DNA from: Vulcanisaeta sp. AZ3
GTDB taxonomy: Archaea > Thermoproteota > Thermoprotei > Thermoproteales > Thermocladiaceae
NCBI GenBank assembly: GCA_000960865.2
Contig: JZWU02000012.1
Location: 1 to 44,887 of the forward strand
DNA length: 44,887 bases
Reading direction: 5' to 3'
This document shows, piece after piece, positions 1-9,336 of the stretch. Position 1 is the first letter of the stretch. Every line of letters begins with the position of its first letter. The notes beneath the pieces are model-generated. The model was not told the DNA's origin. It saw only the letters and a program-made list of their open reading frames with translations, and did not search any database. The position numbers were made by a program, and so were the translations under genes.

Positions 1-1
1 G

Positions 2-1813
2 ATATTCAACGTGGTTTATCAGGAGTTGGTTACTTGGAATGGTACTGATTATATGCATGTTGTGCCTATGCTAGCCACTAACTGGACCATAAGTCCTGAT
101 TACAAGCACTACACACTCACCTTGAGACAAGGTGTTTATTTCACTGATGGTGAGGCCTTCAACGCCACAGTAGTTTGGTTTAGCATCTATAGAACAATCA
201 TAATGGGCCAAGGACCTGGTGCGAGTGATTATCCATTCTTACTATTTCATTATAGTACCTATGCTCAGACTGGTTACGCAATACCATGGGGATTCTGTCA
301 CGCCCTAGCAAGCGTCACTGGTAATAATGTTTACATAAGTAATTACACATTATGCGCCTACGCTCTAGCCAATATCCTAAGCAACTTCAATGTTCATAAT
401 GCTACTATTGAGAAGTTAATGACGTATCCAAACCAGGCTGTTGTTGTTCTAGGCCCATACGAGGTTGAGTTTAACCTAATTCACCCATACATGTATTTCC
501 TACTCGACATAGCCTCTTGGTGGGGTGCTATTGTTCCTCCAGCTTACGTTGATGCTCACGGAGGAGTACAGCCTAACATGCCTAACTCATACCTATGTCA
601 ATATGGCTTACCAGGCACTGGACCATACTACATAGCCAGCGTAACAGGAACTCCTGGTGAGTTTACTGAAATAGTTCTTGAGGAGAACTCTAATTACTGG
701 GGCAATAAGTATCCACCCGGCTCACTACCAGTGCTTGATCAACCAGCACACATACCAATAATCATATTGAAGATTTCAATGAGTCATACGAGTAGAGTTG
801 AAATGTTCGGAGAAAATCAAGCACAACTAGACTATGTAAGCTCACCATTTTTGAGTCAGATTTATACTGCATGGACACCATATGATAAGTACATACCGCC
901 ACAAGACATAGTTTATGAGGCTACATGGCTAACACCATCAGGTATATACAGGATTTCTATGAATAATCAGATGTGGCCTACTAATATTACGGACTTTAGA
1001 TTAGCCATTGTGCATGCCATTAATTACACAGCACTATTGTACACGTACTACTCACCATTACTAAACACCACATTGGCTGAGTTGTATTTAGGGCCTGTTA
1101 CACCGCTTAATCCGGCCTTGTACAACCCAGGCAACTTACCATTCTATAGTTACAACCCGAACCTAGCCATTGAATACCTAAACAAATCTGGTTGGGAGGG
1201 TGACTTCTACACAGTACTACCAAACGGCACAGTCATTGGTAATCCAAACGGACAAAAACTACCCTCAATACCAATATACATAGTACCGCCAGTAACACCA
1301 CAGTTAGAAGAGCAGTTAGAGATAGTGACACAGGACTTGAGTCAAATAGGAATACCAACAGCTATAAGCTACGTAACAACCTCAGAGGTTTTTAGTTGGA
1401 CAACACCAGAGGTAACAGGCGAGATGGCGTATATTCCTTGGTATGCTGATTGGCCTGATCCAATAATGCAGTTAGCAATGTCGATAGTAACAGGCTCAGC
1501 AGTCACAGGTAATTTTGCATGGTATAATAATTCGGAGGTTACGAATTGGCTTGAGGAGGCTGCATTCTCAACGAATTTGACGGAGCAGGTTCAATTAATG
1601 AGGCAGGTATATGCTATTGTGTATAATCAAGCACCATACATATGGATGCCCACCCCAGTACAGTATTTCTTAATACAGCCGTACCTACATGGAATCATTG
1701 TAACATGGACTGGATACTACTACAACACAATGTACTACAAACCAATAACAATAAACATAATAACCTACAGCAACGGAACAAAAACAACAAAAATAACAGG
1801 ACTAAGCGGCTAG
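2..1813 (+). CDS. ABC transporter substrate-binding protein, family 5 (oligo/dipeptide-type); 5'-partial
   Basis: Frame open to the window edge. SBP_bac_5 motifs LATNW..SPD...YTLTLRQGVYFTDG, GTGPY, FRLAIVHAIN and DWPDP; many N-x-S/T sequons typical of archaeal surface proteins. Confidence 0.9.
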   Translation: MFNVVYQELVTWNGTDYMHVVPMLATNWTISPDYKHYTLTLRQGVYFTDGEAFNATVVWFSIYRTIIMGQGPGASDYPFLLFHYSTYAQTGYAIPWGFCHALASVTGNNVYISNYTLCAYALANILSNFNVHNATIEKLMTYPNQAVVVLGPYEVEFNLIHPYMYFLLDIASWWGAIVPPAYVDAHGGVQPNMPNSYLCQYGLPGTGPYYIASVTGTPGEFTEIVLEENSNYWGNKYPPGSLPVLDQPAHIPIIILKISMSHTSRVEMFGENQAQLDYVSSPFLSQIYTAWTPYDKYIPPQDIVYEATWLTPSGIYRISMNNQMWPTNITDFRLAIVHAINYTALLYTYYSPLLNTTLAELYLGPVTPLNPALYNPGNLPFYSYNPNLAIEYLNKSGWEGDFYTVLPNGTVIGNPNGQKLPSIPIYIVPPVTPQLEEQLEIVTQDLSQIGIPTAISYVTTSEVFSWTTPEVTGEMAYIPWYADWPDPIMQLAMSIVTGSAVTGNFAWYNNSEVTNWLEEAAFSTNLTEQVQLMRQVYAIVYNQAPYIWMPTPVQYFLIQPYLHGIIVTWTGYYYNTMYYKPITINIITYSNGTKTTKITGLSG

Positions 1814-1921
1814 TGTAATAGTAATTAGGGAGAATAAGCGGTTAAAATGAACATATTAAAATCATCATCGTGATTAAATATTAACCTAAACCTACACGTA
1901 GTAAGGTTGTTATGTGTTTAG

Positions 1922-4645
1922 TTATTTTTGTTTTTGTTCGTGTTTGATTATTTGTCTGAGTACGTATTGTAGTATGCCGCCGTTGATGTAGTATTGTACT
2001 TCGATTGGTGTGTCGAGCCTGACTAGTAACTTGGTCCTTATTTCTCTGCCGTCGGGTTTGTGGATGATTAATTCTACGGTTTGTCTGGGTTTTAGGCCTT
2101 GGGATAGGCCTATTATGTCGAAGGTTTCCTCACCGGTTATGCCTAGTTTTTCTGCGTCTTCGCCTTCCATGAATTGTAGTGGTAGTATGCCTATTTCGAC
2201 GAGGTTGCTTCTGTGGATTCTTTCGAAGCTTTTTGCGATTACTGCTTTAATGCCGAGTAGTTTTGGTCCTTTTGCTGCCCAGTCTCTTGATGATCCTGCT
2301 CCGTAGGTTTGGCCGGCTAGTATTATTAGTGGTGTTCCTTCTTCTTTGTATTTCATGGCTGCGTCGTAGACTGTCATTACTTGTCCGTCAGGCCAATGCG
2401 TTGTGTAGCCTCCCTCTAGTACTTTGCCGCTCATTTTGTTTTTGACGCCTTTGTTCCAGAAGGTGCCTCTTACCATGACTTCCCAGTTGCCTCTTCTTGT
2501 GCCGAAGGTGTTGAAGTCTGTGGGTTTGACTCCGAGGGATATTAGGTATTTTCCTGCTGGTGAGTCTGTGGGTATTGAGCTTGCTGGTGATATGTGGTCT
2601 GTGGTTATGCTGTCGCCTAGTATGAGTAGTGCTCTGGCGCCTTTTATGTCCTTGACCTCAACTAGTTTGTTTGGGTCGAAGTCGTCGAAGAATGGTGGTC
2701 TTTTGATGTAGGTGTTCCTTGGGTTCCATTGGTATAGGTCGCCAGTTGGTGCTGTTAGTGTGTTCCATTCCTCTGGGACTAGGTCGCCGATTTTTGTGTA
2801 TTTTTCTATGAATTCGTCCATTGTTACGTAGGTCTCCACGTACCTCTTGACCTCCTCGTCGCTTGGCCATAGGTCTTTTAGGTATATGGGTTTTCCGTCG
2901 CTTGTTGTGGTTACTGGTTCTTTTGTTAGGTCTTTGTTTACTGTGCCTGCTAGTGCGTAGATTACTACCATGGGTGGTGAGGCTAGGTAGTTGGCTTTGA
3001 TGTCTGGGTGTATTCTGTTTTCGAAGTTTCTATTGCCGGATAGGACTGAGGTGGCTATTAGGTCGTTCTCTCTAATGGCCTTTATGACTGGTTCTGGTAG
3101 TGGTCCTGTGTTGCCTATGCAGACCATGCATCCAAAGCCTGTTATGTAGAAGCCAATCTTCTCTAAGTATTGGAGTAGTCCTGACCTCCTGAGGTATTCC
3201 TCGACTACTCTTGATCCTGGGGCTAGGACTGTCTTTACGTAGGGTGGTGGTGTGATGCCTAGTTCTACTGCTTTCTTGGCCACTAGGCCTGCTGCCATTA
3301 GTAGGTATGGGTTGCTTGTGTTTGTGCAACTTGTTATTGCAGCCACTGCCACGAACCCGTCCTCCAATTCTACCTTTTTACCATCGATCTCGATGGTTAC
3401 CTTCTTCCTACCGCTTATGTTTTTCTTCTTGTTCCTGTCTTCAATGATGGGTTCGAGGCTCTTTGCAATCTCGTTTAGGTTTCTTCTTTGCCATGGTAGG
3501 GATGGCCCTGATACACTGGGTTCTACTGTGGATAGGTCAATGCCTATTACTTGGCTGTACTCAATCTCTCCCTCCTTTGGTGAGCCGAAGACTCCCTGTT
3601 CCATGTAGTACTTCTCTACGAGGCCTATTAACCACTCATCCCTGCCTGTGAGTCTTAGGTATGTTAGTGTTTGTTCGTCGACTGGGAATAGGCCTGTGGT
3701 TGCTCCGTATTCAGGGGCCATGTTTGCTATGGTTGCCCTGTCTGGTACGGCTAGTTCCTTGACGCCCTCTCCGAAGAATTCTACGAATTTATCAACAACG
3801 TTGTACTTCCTAAGGGTTTCTGTTACGTGGAGTACTATGTCTGTTGCTGTGACTCCTGGTTTTGGCTTGCCGTAGAGGTGAACACCAATGACTTGTGGGG
3901 GTGGTATGGCTATTGGTTGTCCGAGTAATGCTGCCTCTGCCTCAATGCCTCCCACGCCCCAGCCTACGACGCCTAATCCGTTTATCATTGTTGTGTGGGA
4001 GTCCATGCCGACTACGCTGTCGAAGTATGCGAGTTTCTCGTTTTGTGCCAGGTCTTCTGTCATGACGACTCTGGCTATGTGTTCTAGGTGGACTTGGTGG
4101 ATTATGCCTGTGCCTGGTGGGAATACTCTGAAGTTTTTGAAGGCGTTTTGTGCCCATTTGAGGAATTCGTACCTCTCTGCGTTTCTCTGGACTTCAAGGT
4201 TTATGTTGAGTTTTAGGGCGTCTGGTCTGCCCCAGTAGTCTGCTTGTACGCTGTGGTCTATTATTAGGTCTGTGGGTACTTGTGGGTTTATGACCTTTGG
4301 GCCTATGCCGTATTTTGCCACTATTTCTCTCATTACTGCTAGGTCGGTCATTGCAGGTACGCCTGTGTAGTCCTGCATTAGGACTCTGGCGACTTTGATT
4401 GGGACTTCCTTTGTGCCTGGGTTTTTGGGGTTCCAGTGGAGTATGTTTTCAATGTCTTCCTGTGTTATTGCTTCTCCGTCGTAGTTCCTGAGCATGTTTT
4501 CGATGAATACTTTAATTACGTATGGGAATCTTGCGATGTCGAAGCCCTCCCTCTCAAGGGCTTTTAGGGAGTAATAATGTACCTTAATGCCGCCCACGTC
4601 CATGGTGTTGAGTGTGTTCCATGGGTTTGGTAAGCTTTTAGACAC
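1922..4645 (-). CDS. acnA: Aconitate hydratase A
   Basis: 907 aa with QDYTGVPA, IDHSVQ, GIIHQV, DSHTTM, AITSCTNTSNP, GFGCMVCIGN, TTDHISP and GSSRDWAAKG motifs. Confidence 0.97.
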   Translation of the reverse strand: MSKSLPNPWNTLNTMDVGGIKVHYYSLKALEREGFDIARFPYVIKVFIENMLRNYDGEAITQEDIENILHWNPKNPGTKEVPIKVARVLMQDYTGVPAMTDLAVMREIVAKYGIGPKVINPQVPTDLIIDHSVQADYWGRPDALKLNINLEVQRNAERYEFLKWAQNAFKNFRVFPPGTGIIHQVHLEHIARVVMTEDLAQNEKLAYFDSVVGMDSHTTMINGLGVVGWGVGGIEAEAALLGQPIAIPPPQVIGVHLYGKPKPGVTATDIVLHVTETLRKYNVVDKFVEFFGEGVKELAVPDRATIANMAPEYGATTGLFPVDEQTLTYLRLTGRDEWLIGLVEKYYMEQGVFGSPKEGEIEYSQVIGIDLSTVEPSVSGPSLPWQRRNLNEIAKSLEPIIEDRNKKKNISGRKKVTIEIDGKKVELEDGFVAVAAITSCTNTSNPYLLMAAGLVAKKAVELGITPPPYVKTVLAPGSRVVEEYLRRSGLLQYLEKIGFYITGFGCMVCIGNTGPLPEPVIKAIRENDLIATSVLSGNRNFENRIHPDIKANYLASPPMVVIYALAGTVNKDLTKEPVTTTSDGKPIYLKDLWPSDEEVKRYVETYVTMDEFIEKYTKIGDLVPEEWNTLTAPTGDLYQWNPRNTYIKRPPFFDDFDPNKLVEVKDIKGARALLILGDSITTDHISPASSIPTDSPAGKYLISLGVKPTDFNTFGTRRGNWEVMVRGTFWNKGVKNKMSGKVLEGGYTTHWPDGQVMTVYDAAMKYKEEGTPLIILAGQTYGAGSSRDWAAKGPKLLGIKAVIAKSFERIHRSNLVEIGILPLQFMEGEDAEKLGITGEETFDIIGLSQGLKPRQTVELIIHKPDGREIRTKLLVRLDTPIEVQYYINGGILQYVLRQIIKHEQKQK

Positions 4646-4704
4646 GGGTTAAGCGTCATAGTACCCTTTTAATTATTTGCTTCTATTGTAAAACGAATTG
4701 TTGC

Positions 4705-5355
4705 TTATTCGCCAAGCATTCTTTTCTCTTCCTCGGCTACTTCCTCCTCGTTGTCTGCGTGTAATCTTCTGGTTTGTATGCCGTCTGGTGTTAGTAGTAG
4801 CATTTTTAGTGATGCGCCGTCTTCGCCGAACCTGGTTAGGTATCTTATTAGGACTTTATTGGCTATTGCGATTCCCACGTGTTGTATTTTTCCGTTTAGT
4901 GATACGCTTTGGTGGTAGTGCCAAACTTCTCTCTTTGTGATTATGTTAAATTGTTTAACGATTGAGTCTTTATAATCGTCGAGGATTAGGTTGTAGATTG
5001 CGAGGACTCTCCAGATTCTTTTTGTTGGGTTTATCTCGCCGTAAATAATGACTACGGGTCTCTCTATTTTCTTCTCCTTTATTTTTGATTGGTATATTGC
5101 TGCTATTGCGGGTTTTGAGTCGAGCATTGTTAAATCCTTCACTATTTGTCTACTCCTAATTACGGCTGCCATGAATGGCATTAATAATCTAAACCTAAAT
5201 TCAACACCATTTGGTATTTTTATACTGTCAAAGTTGCAATTGTAACAGTGCACTCTAATAATGGCTGGTGATGGGTCGACTATCCTCCTTAATAAATTCT
5301 GATTTTCATTAATAATTTCTCCATTATTAAGCTTCTTAGATTCATCAATAGACAT
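4705..5355 (-). CDS. Hypothetical protein (~216 aa)
   Basis: Long ORF with native-looking codons. ATG at 5355 (MSIDES) is preferred over the TTG at 5448. No recognisable family. Confidence 0.65.
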   Translation of the reverse strand: MSIDESKKLNNGEIINENQNLLRRIVDPSPAIIRVHCYNCNFDSIKIPNGVEFRFRLLMPFMAAVIRSRQIVKDLTMLDSKPAIAAIYQSKIKEKKIERPVVIIYGEINPTKRIWRVLAIYNLILDDYKDSIVKQFNIITKREVWHYHQSVSLNGKIQHVGIAIANKVLIRYLTRFGEDGASLKMLLLTPDGIQTRRLHADNEEEVAEEEKRMLGE

Positions 5356-5643
5356 CAATATTATTATCAAAGTATGGAATTTATTAAATTTACGTCCCAT
5401 ACCAGTACTATTGACTCTATAAAAATATGCAAAGAATGCACCTGACAAAACAGTCTTTAAATGTTGAGTGAGTAGTAATGATGTATGGTTAAGTATGAAT
5501 TAAGACAATACATAACACAATTAGAGCCTATAATGTGGCCTAGGGTAGCCATAAATATTAAGAATTGCATAAGATACTCAATAGTCCTAAGCGTAACGAG
5601 TAGGAATGAACGTAAACTAATTAGGTGCACTAATGTGCGCGTG

Positions 5644-6645
5644 TTAGGATTCACCTTGACGAGTACTGGCGGTTAGTGAGTAAACAATGACTTCCCCACC
5701 ACCTCTAACAACAACTTGTCTTTGAATTAATCCTCTCCTCATTAGGATATTGATTGAGTTTCTAACGGTTCTGCTGGGGAGCATGGTTTTCTCGGTGATT
5801 TCCTTCTGTGTTAATTGGCCTTCGTATTCTAGGATTTTGAGTATGAATTTGGCGCTTGGTGGTAGGTCCATATTTGACATTAGGTTTATCTTCTTCTCAT
5901 AACGACCGACGGTACTCGTTATTGAACCAAACCTAACAAGCTTAAGTGGTTTTCCAGGGACTACCTTAACCTCATCACCAACGTATACCCTAACGCTCCC
6001 ATCGATTATTGCCTCAATCCTAGATTTGGAGGCTAGGTCCTTTATGTAGATTGTGGAGTCCTCGGGGACTACTATTGGTACGCGGGCTAGGTTTGTACTG
6101 TTGACGGGGACTACCTCGAATACTCGGGCTCCTGAGTGGATTAGGGGTCCGCCTGCGGACATGGCGTAGGCTGTTGAGCCTGTGGGTGTGGATATTATTA
6201 TGCCGTCTGCTATGTCGTGCCATATGTACTCATTATTGATGTGTAGGCTGTATTCAAGGGTTGTTGCGCTTTTGGCTGGGAATATGGCTATTTCGTTTAT
6301 GGCGTAGGGTAGTTTCTTGCCTCTAATGTTGATGGCGAGTCTCAGTACATTCTCTATGTCGTAATTACCATTGATTAGGGCTGTTACTGCATCCTTGAGG
6401 TTAATGAGGTTTATGGAATTTAGGAAGCCTATGTCGAAGCCTATGGTCATCACAGGCCCGTCCCAATTATTTAGTTTGTGGATTGTTGTGATTACGAATT
6501 TATCTGTGCCAATAATACTCACAATGTCATAACCATTAACATTGCCGTTAAAGTCGGTCACTATGTCGAAGTGTTGTGAATAGTCATTGAGGTATCTCTT
6601 GACCTCATTAATCATGCTGGGCATTGATATTACCAAACCCCTCAT
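5644..6645 (-). CDS. NAD(+)/NADH kinase family protein with C-terminal winged HTH
   Basis: NE motif (AINEI) and DGIIISTPTGSTAYAMSAGGP. C-terminal ILKILEYEGQLTQKEITEKTMLPSRTVRNSINILMRRGLI is a MarR/TrmB-like wHTH. Confidence 0.88.
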   Translation of the reverse strand: MRGLVISMPSMINEVKRYLNDYSQHFDIVTDFNGNVNGYDIVSIIGTDKFVITTIHKLNNWDGPVMTIGFDIGFLNSINLINLKDAVTALINGNYDIENVLRLAINIRGKKLPYAINEIAIFPAKSATTLEYSLHINNEYIWHDIADGIIISTPTGSTAYAMSAGGPLIHSGARVFEVVPVNSTNLARVPIVVPEDSTIYIKDLASKSRIEAIIDGSVRVYVGDEVKVVPGKPLKLVRFGSITSTVGRYEKKINLMSNMDLPPSAKFILKILEYEGQLTQKEITEKTMLPSRTVRNSINILMRRGLIQRQVVVRGGGEVIVYSLTASTRQGES

Positions 6646-6728
6646 TGTCTATGAGCATCTCACTATACCAATAATTAATTTTTATCTTATGAGTCATAAC
6701 TTTTTAACTCTTAGTTTTACATTGAATT

Positions 6729-6983
6729 GTGATTCCGCCAATAATGATTGGAATTATGGGTTTAGCAGCCATCTCTATTGGTTGGGCATTGGCGCTCAGG
6801 GATGTACCACCCCTCAAGCTCACAGTGCCGTATCTCATTGGTAGTGCATTACTCACGATATACTCCGTATTGGATTGGAACTCCGTATTCGTAATATTGA
6901 ATGGTATTGCCACGGCATTATCCACGATGAACCTAGTAAGGGGTGTTAGGAAGCTCAAGAGTAACGTTAAAAATCATGGATAA
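6729..6983 (+). CDS. Small 3-TM membrane protein (possibly PQ-loop/SemiSWEET-like fold)
   Basis: 84 aa with three hydrophobic helices and a basic tail; ...GSALLTIYS...D.VFVILN pattern. Divergent from the NAD kinase gene. Confidence 0.6.
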   Translation: MIPPIMIGIMGLAAISIGWALALRDVPPLKLTVPYLIGSALLTIYSVLDWNSVFVILNGIATALSTMNLVRGVRKLKSNVKNHG

Positions 6984-7520
6984 TGCCAGTAATTCAAGTA
7001 CGTAATCGCCCTTGGCCAGGTACGTTGTTCCTGCGTTAGTTAGTAACCAGTTAATATTACTGTCAATTACTAACGTGCCTCTTGCGCTACCCCTACCTAG
7101 CGTAACTCTGCACTTAACCGCCTCATTAGCATTATTAATAGTTATTATTGTGTAAATAGCACCTGGCTCTACCCTCACGTTGGGTGTAATCTCGCTAACC
7201 CCGAGGGCTGTGGTTATGCGAGCCTCGGTGAAGCCTAGGGTTTGTAGGGCGTTAATGAGTGACTTAGTGCCCTCGACCTTTCTCACTAGTTCTATTAAGT
7301 TTCTCAGGATGCCTCTTGCAGTATTTCTATTTATTGTTATGGCAGTGCCCCTGGGGATTGTGGTTAGTATTATGGTGTTTGGGTTATTGCATTTGTTTTC
7401 CATATCAACAATGATGCTACGCGGTGGAACATTGCAATCGTTAATGATTACTACTTCATCACCAAGCTCTCTAATGACGCTAACAAGCCATTGTGGTGGG
7501 TCCCCCATCACGTAGATCAA
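6933..7520 (-). CDS. Hypothetical protein, probably co-transcribed with rpoL
   Basis: 195-aa ORF starting 3 nt after the rpoL stop. No family recognised. Confidence 0.6.
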   Translation of the reverse strand: MIYVMGDPPQWLVSVIRELGDEVVIINDCNVPPRSIIVDMENKCNNPNTIILTTIPRGTAITINRNTARGILRNLIELVRKVEGTKSLINALQTLGFTEARITTALGVSEITPNVRVEPGAIYTIITINNANEAVKCRVTLGRGSARGTLVIDSNINWLLTNAGTTYLAKGDYVLELLALSMIFNVTLELPNTPY

Positions 7521-7523
7521 AGG

Positions 7524-7796
7524 TTATCCACCCAGGAAGCCCTTCTCCATTTCGTTTATGTCATTCATGATTGCACTAACGGCTTCCTTAATTACGTCAA
7601 GTGGTGGTTTACTCTTAGTCTTTATCTTGAATCTGACGTTCTGGGTTAGTGGGTGGTCTACATCAAACATTGCGTATTCTACATCAGGATTTTTTAGTAG
7701 GTACTCTACTAATGGTGCGAATAGGGTGTAGGTTTCGCCTTGAACAATGACCTCTAGGTAATTTTCCTCAGCCTTGACGATGTTAATCTTAATCAC
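7524..7796 (-). CDS. rpoL: DNA-directed RNA polymerase subunit L (Rpo11)
   Basis: 90 aa; GETYTL..PL..YL...PDVEYA...DHPL matches the RpoL/RPB11 signature. Confidence 0.92.
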   Translation of the reverse strand: MIKINIVKAEENYLEVIVQGETYTLFAPLVEYLLKNPDVEYAMFDVDHPLTQNVRFKIKTKSKPPLDVIKEAVSAIMNDINEMEKGFLGG

Positions 7797-7883
7797 AGAA
7801 TTCTTCGTAACATCAATACAAATAAAAATCTAACCCAGGGAAGAAAAAGCATTATTTATTACTATTAAACCATATTACCCTCA

Positions 7884-7938
7884 GGATGATGAGAGCCCCT
7901 GTAGCCGATTGATGGTGAATTCACGTACCGACTGATGG
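7884..7938 (+). ncRNA. Box C/D methylation-guide sRNA
   Basis: C box ATGATGA 7886-7892, 12-nt guide, D' CCGA 7905-7908, C'-like ATGGTGA 7912-7918, guide, D box CTGA 7932-7935. Intergenic, canonical ~52-nt spacing, AT-rich promoter-like tract upstream. Confidence 0.8.
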
Positions 7939-8000
7939 GCATAATATGATAATCCTTAATCCCGACTCCACTGTCAGGCAAAGTGATGCTTGTAATGATT

Positions 8001-8053
8001 TGTCAGCCGTTGGCAAATCATTCATCTGTCATCAAAGGGTGCGTTCATCACTC
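8001..8053 (-). ncRNA. Box C/D methylation-guide sRNA overlapping the stop codon of the CBS gene
   Basis: Minus strand reads GTGATGA (8051-8045)-ACGCACCCTTTG-ATGA-CAG-ATGAATGA-TTTGCCAACGG-CTGA (8006-8003). The C box contains the TGA stop of 8048..9208. Confidence 0.75.
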
Positions 8054-9208
8054 CTGTGGTGGGCCTCCGCGAAGTCTACCTCTTCTCTTTATATCTCTAA
8101 TTCTATTAACTTCTCTCTCAATCCTCTTAATTAGTGTTTCGAAGGCGTACCTAACGGCGTTTACTGGGTCCCAATCAATCTCATTTACTGTGTAGGTATT
8201 TGCATCGTCCTTAAGCATTACGTGTACTGAGTACTTACTTCTTTTCTCTTCTCCTCCCTTCTCGTATTTCTTAACGTTGATCTTAAGATCTATTACATTT
8301 GTCATTCTATTAATTTTAGCCACGTAACTACTAACAATCTTCTCGATAAATGCCTTGGTATCCTCATCAACATCAACAAGCTTAGCCTCAATAGGCACCT
8401 CCTCGTATGGCTTCAACACGGCCTTTATAACATCATAACCAGAGATAATACCCACGACGGAATCATTGGAAAGCACTGGCAGGCCTGAGACCTCCCTCTC
8501 TAGCATGATCTTAACGGTTGTGCTTAACTCATCATCAGCATTGGCTGTTATGACGGGGGTCGTGGCTATGGCTCTCACTGGAGCCGCCAATATGTCATCC
8601 TCAGTACCAACAACATCACCCCTCCTACTACGCCTAGGTATTGCTGCGTAGTAAAGCTTCTCTACAATATCCCGCATGCTCACAATACCGTATAACTTAC
8701 CTGAATCTAGGACTGGTAGTCTTGTGATTCCATGCCTAACCATTAACCATTTTGCCCTGGCCACGGCCTCGTTCCCATCGATTGTTATTGCTGGCCTGCT
8801 CATTACTGATGCTGTGCCTACCCTAGGTAGTCTTTGATTCTTGAGTAGGTAGTCGAGGATTTTCTCCCTCGTTAGTATGCCTACGAGGCTCATGCTTGAG
8901 TCAACCACGGGTAAAGCCCTGGCTCTTAGAGTTAGTATTTTGCCCATGGCCTTGGTGAGGTCCATGTCCTCGCTTATTGAGTAGGGTGGTGACATGACGC
9001 TTGAGACCTTGGACTTTAGGCTTACTCTACGTTCGAGTAATTCTCTGTAGCTTAATATGCCTACGAGTTTGCCATTGTCGTTAATGACTGGGGCGATGTA
9101 TGTTTTGAAGTCTCTCATGTCGGAGATGACCTTGGAGATTATGTCTTTGGGTTTTGCGATAACAATAACGTTGTCCATTAATTCCTCAACCCTTGGTAAA
9201 CTCATCAA
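8048..9208 (-). CDS. Four-CBS-domain protein with C-terminal HPF/RaiA-like domain (putative ribosome hibernation factor)
   Basis: Four CBS repeats (APVIND.GKLVGIL, ALPVVD..LVGIL, RLPVLD.GKLYGIV, GLPVL...VVGII). C-terminal ~110 aa has a beta-alpha-beta-beta-beta-alpha pattern ending WDPVNAVRYAFETLIKRIERE. Confidence 0.8.
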   Translation of the reverse strand: MMSLPRVEELMDNVIVIAKPKDIISKVISDMRDFKTYIAPVINDNGKLVGILSYRELLERRVSLKSKVSSVMSPPYSISEDMDLTKAMGKILTLRARALPVVDSSMSLVGILTREKILDYLLKNQRLPRVGTASVMSRPAITIDGNEAVARAKWLMVRHGITRLPVLDSGKLYGIVSMRDIVEKLYYAAIPRRSRRGDVVGTEDDILAAPVRAIATTPVITANADDELSTTVKIMLEREVSGLPVLSNDSVVGIISGYDVIKAVLKPYEEVPIEAKLVDVDEDTKAFIEKIVSSYVAKINRMTNVIDLKINVKKYEKGGEEKRSKYSVHVMLKDDANTYTVNEIDWDPVNAVRYAFETLIKRIEREVNRIRDIKRRGRLRGGPPQE

Positions 9209-9336
9209 TAATCAATCAATAAGCCCCTTAATAATTTTAATGTATCATGTCATGTATACAAACTTCACTATCATTTAATGGCTTCATTTTCCTACTAGGA
9301 TTACATTTTTATTTAAATGACTCAGGTCAAGAGGTG

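Noticed and set aside
1862-1868. Minus-strand ATGATGA C-box-like motif
   Set aside because: No D box at a suitable distance.
2010-4238. Numerous short antisense or alternate-frame ORFs within acnA (and similarly in other long genes)
   Set aside because: Shadow ORFs of well-supported genes.
5457-5676. Two opposing 63-65 aa ORFs
   Set aside because: No motifs, and both overlap the NAD kinase end; probably spurious.
9247-9336. N-terminal extension of the DUF2122 ORF
   Set aside because: AT-rich divergent promoter region; similarity to the family starts later.
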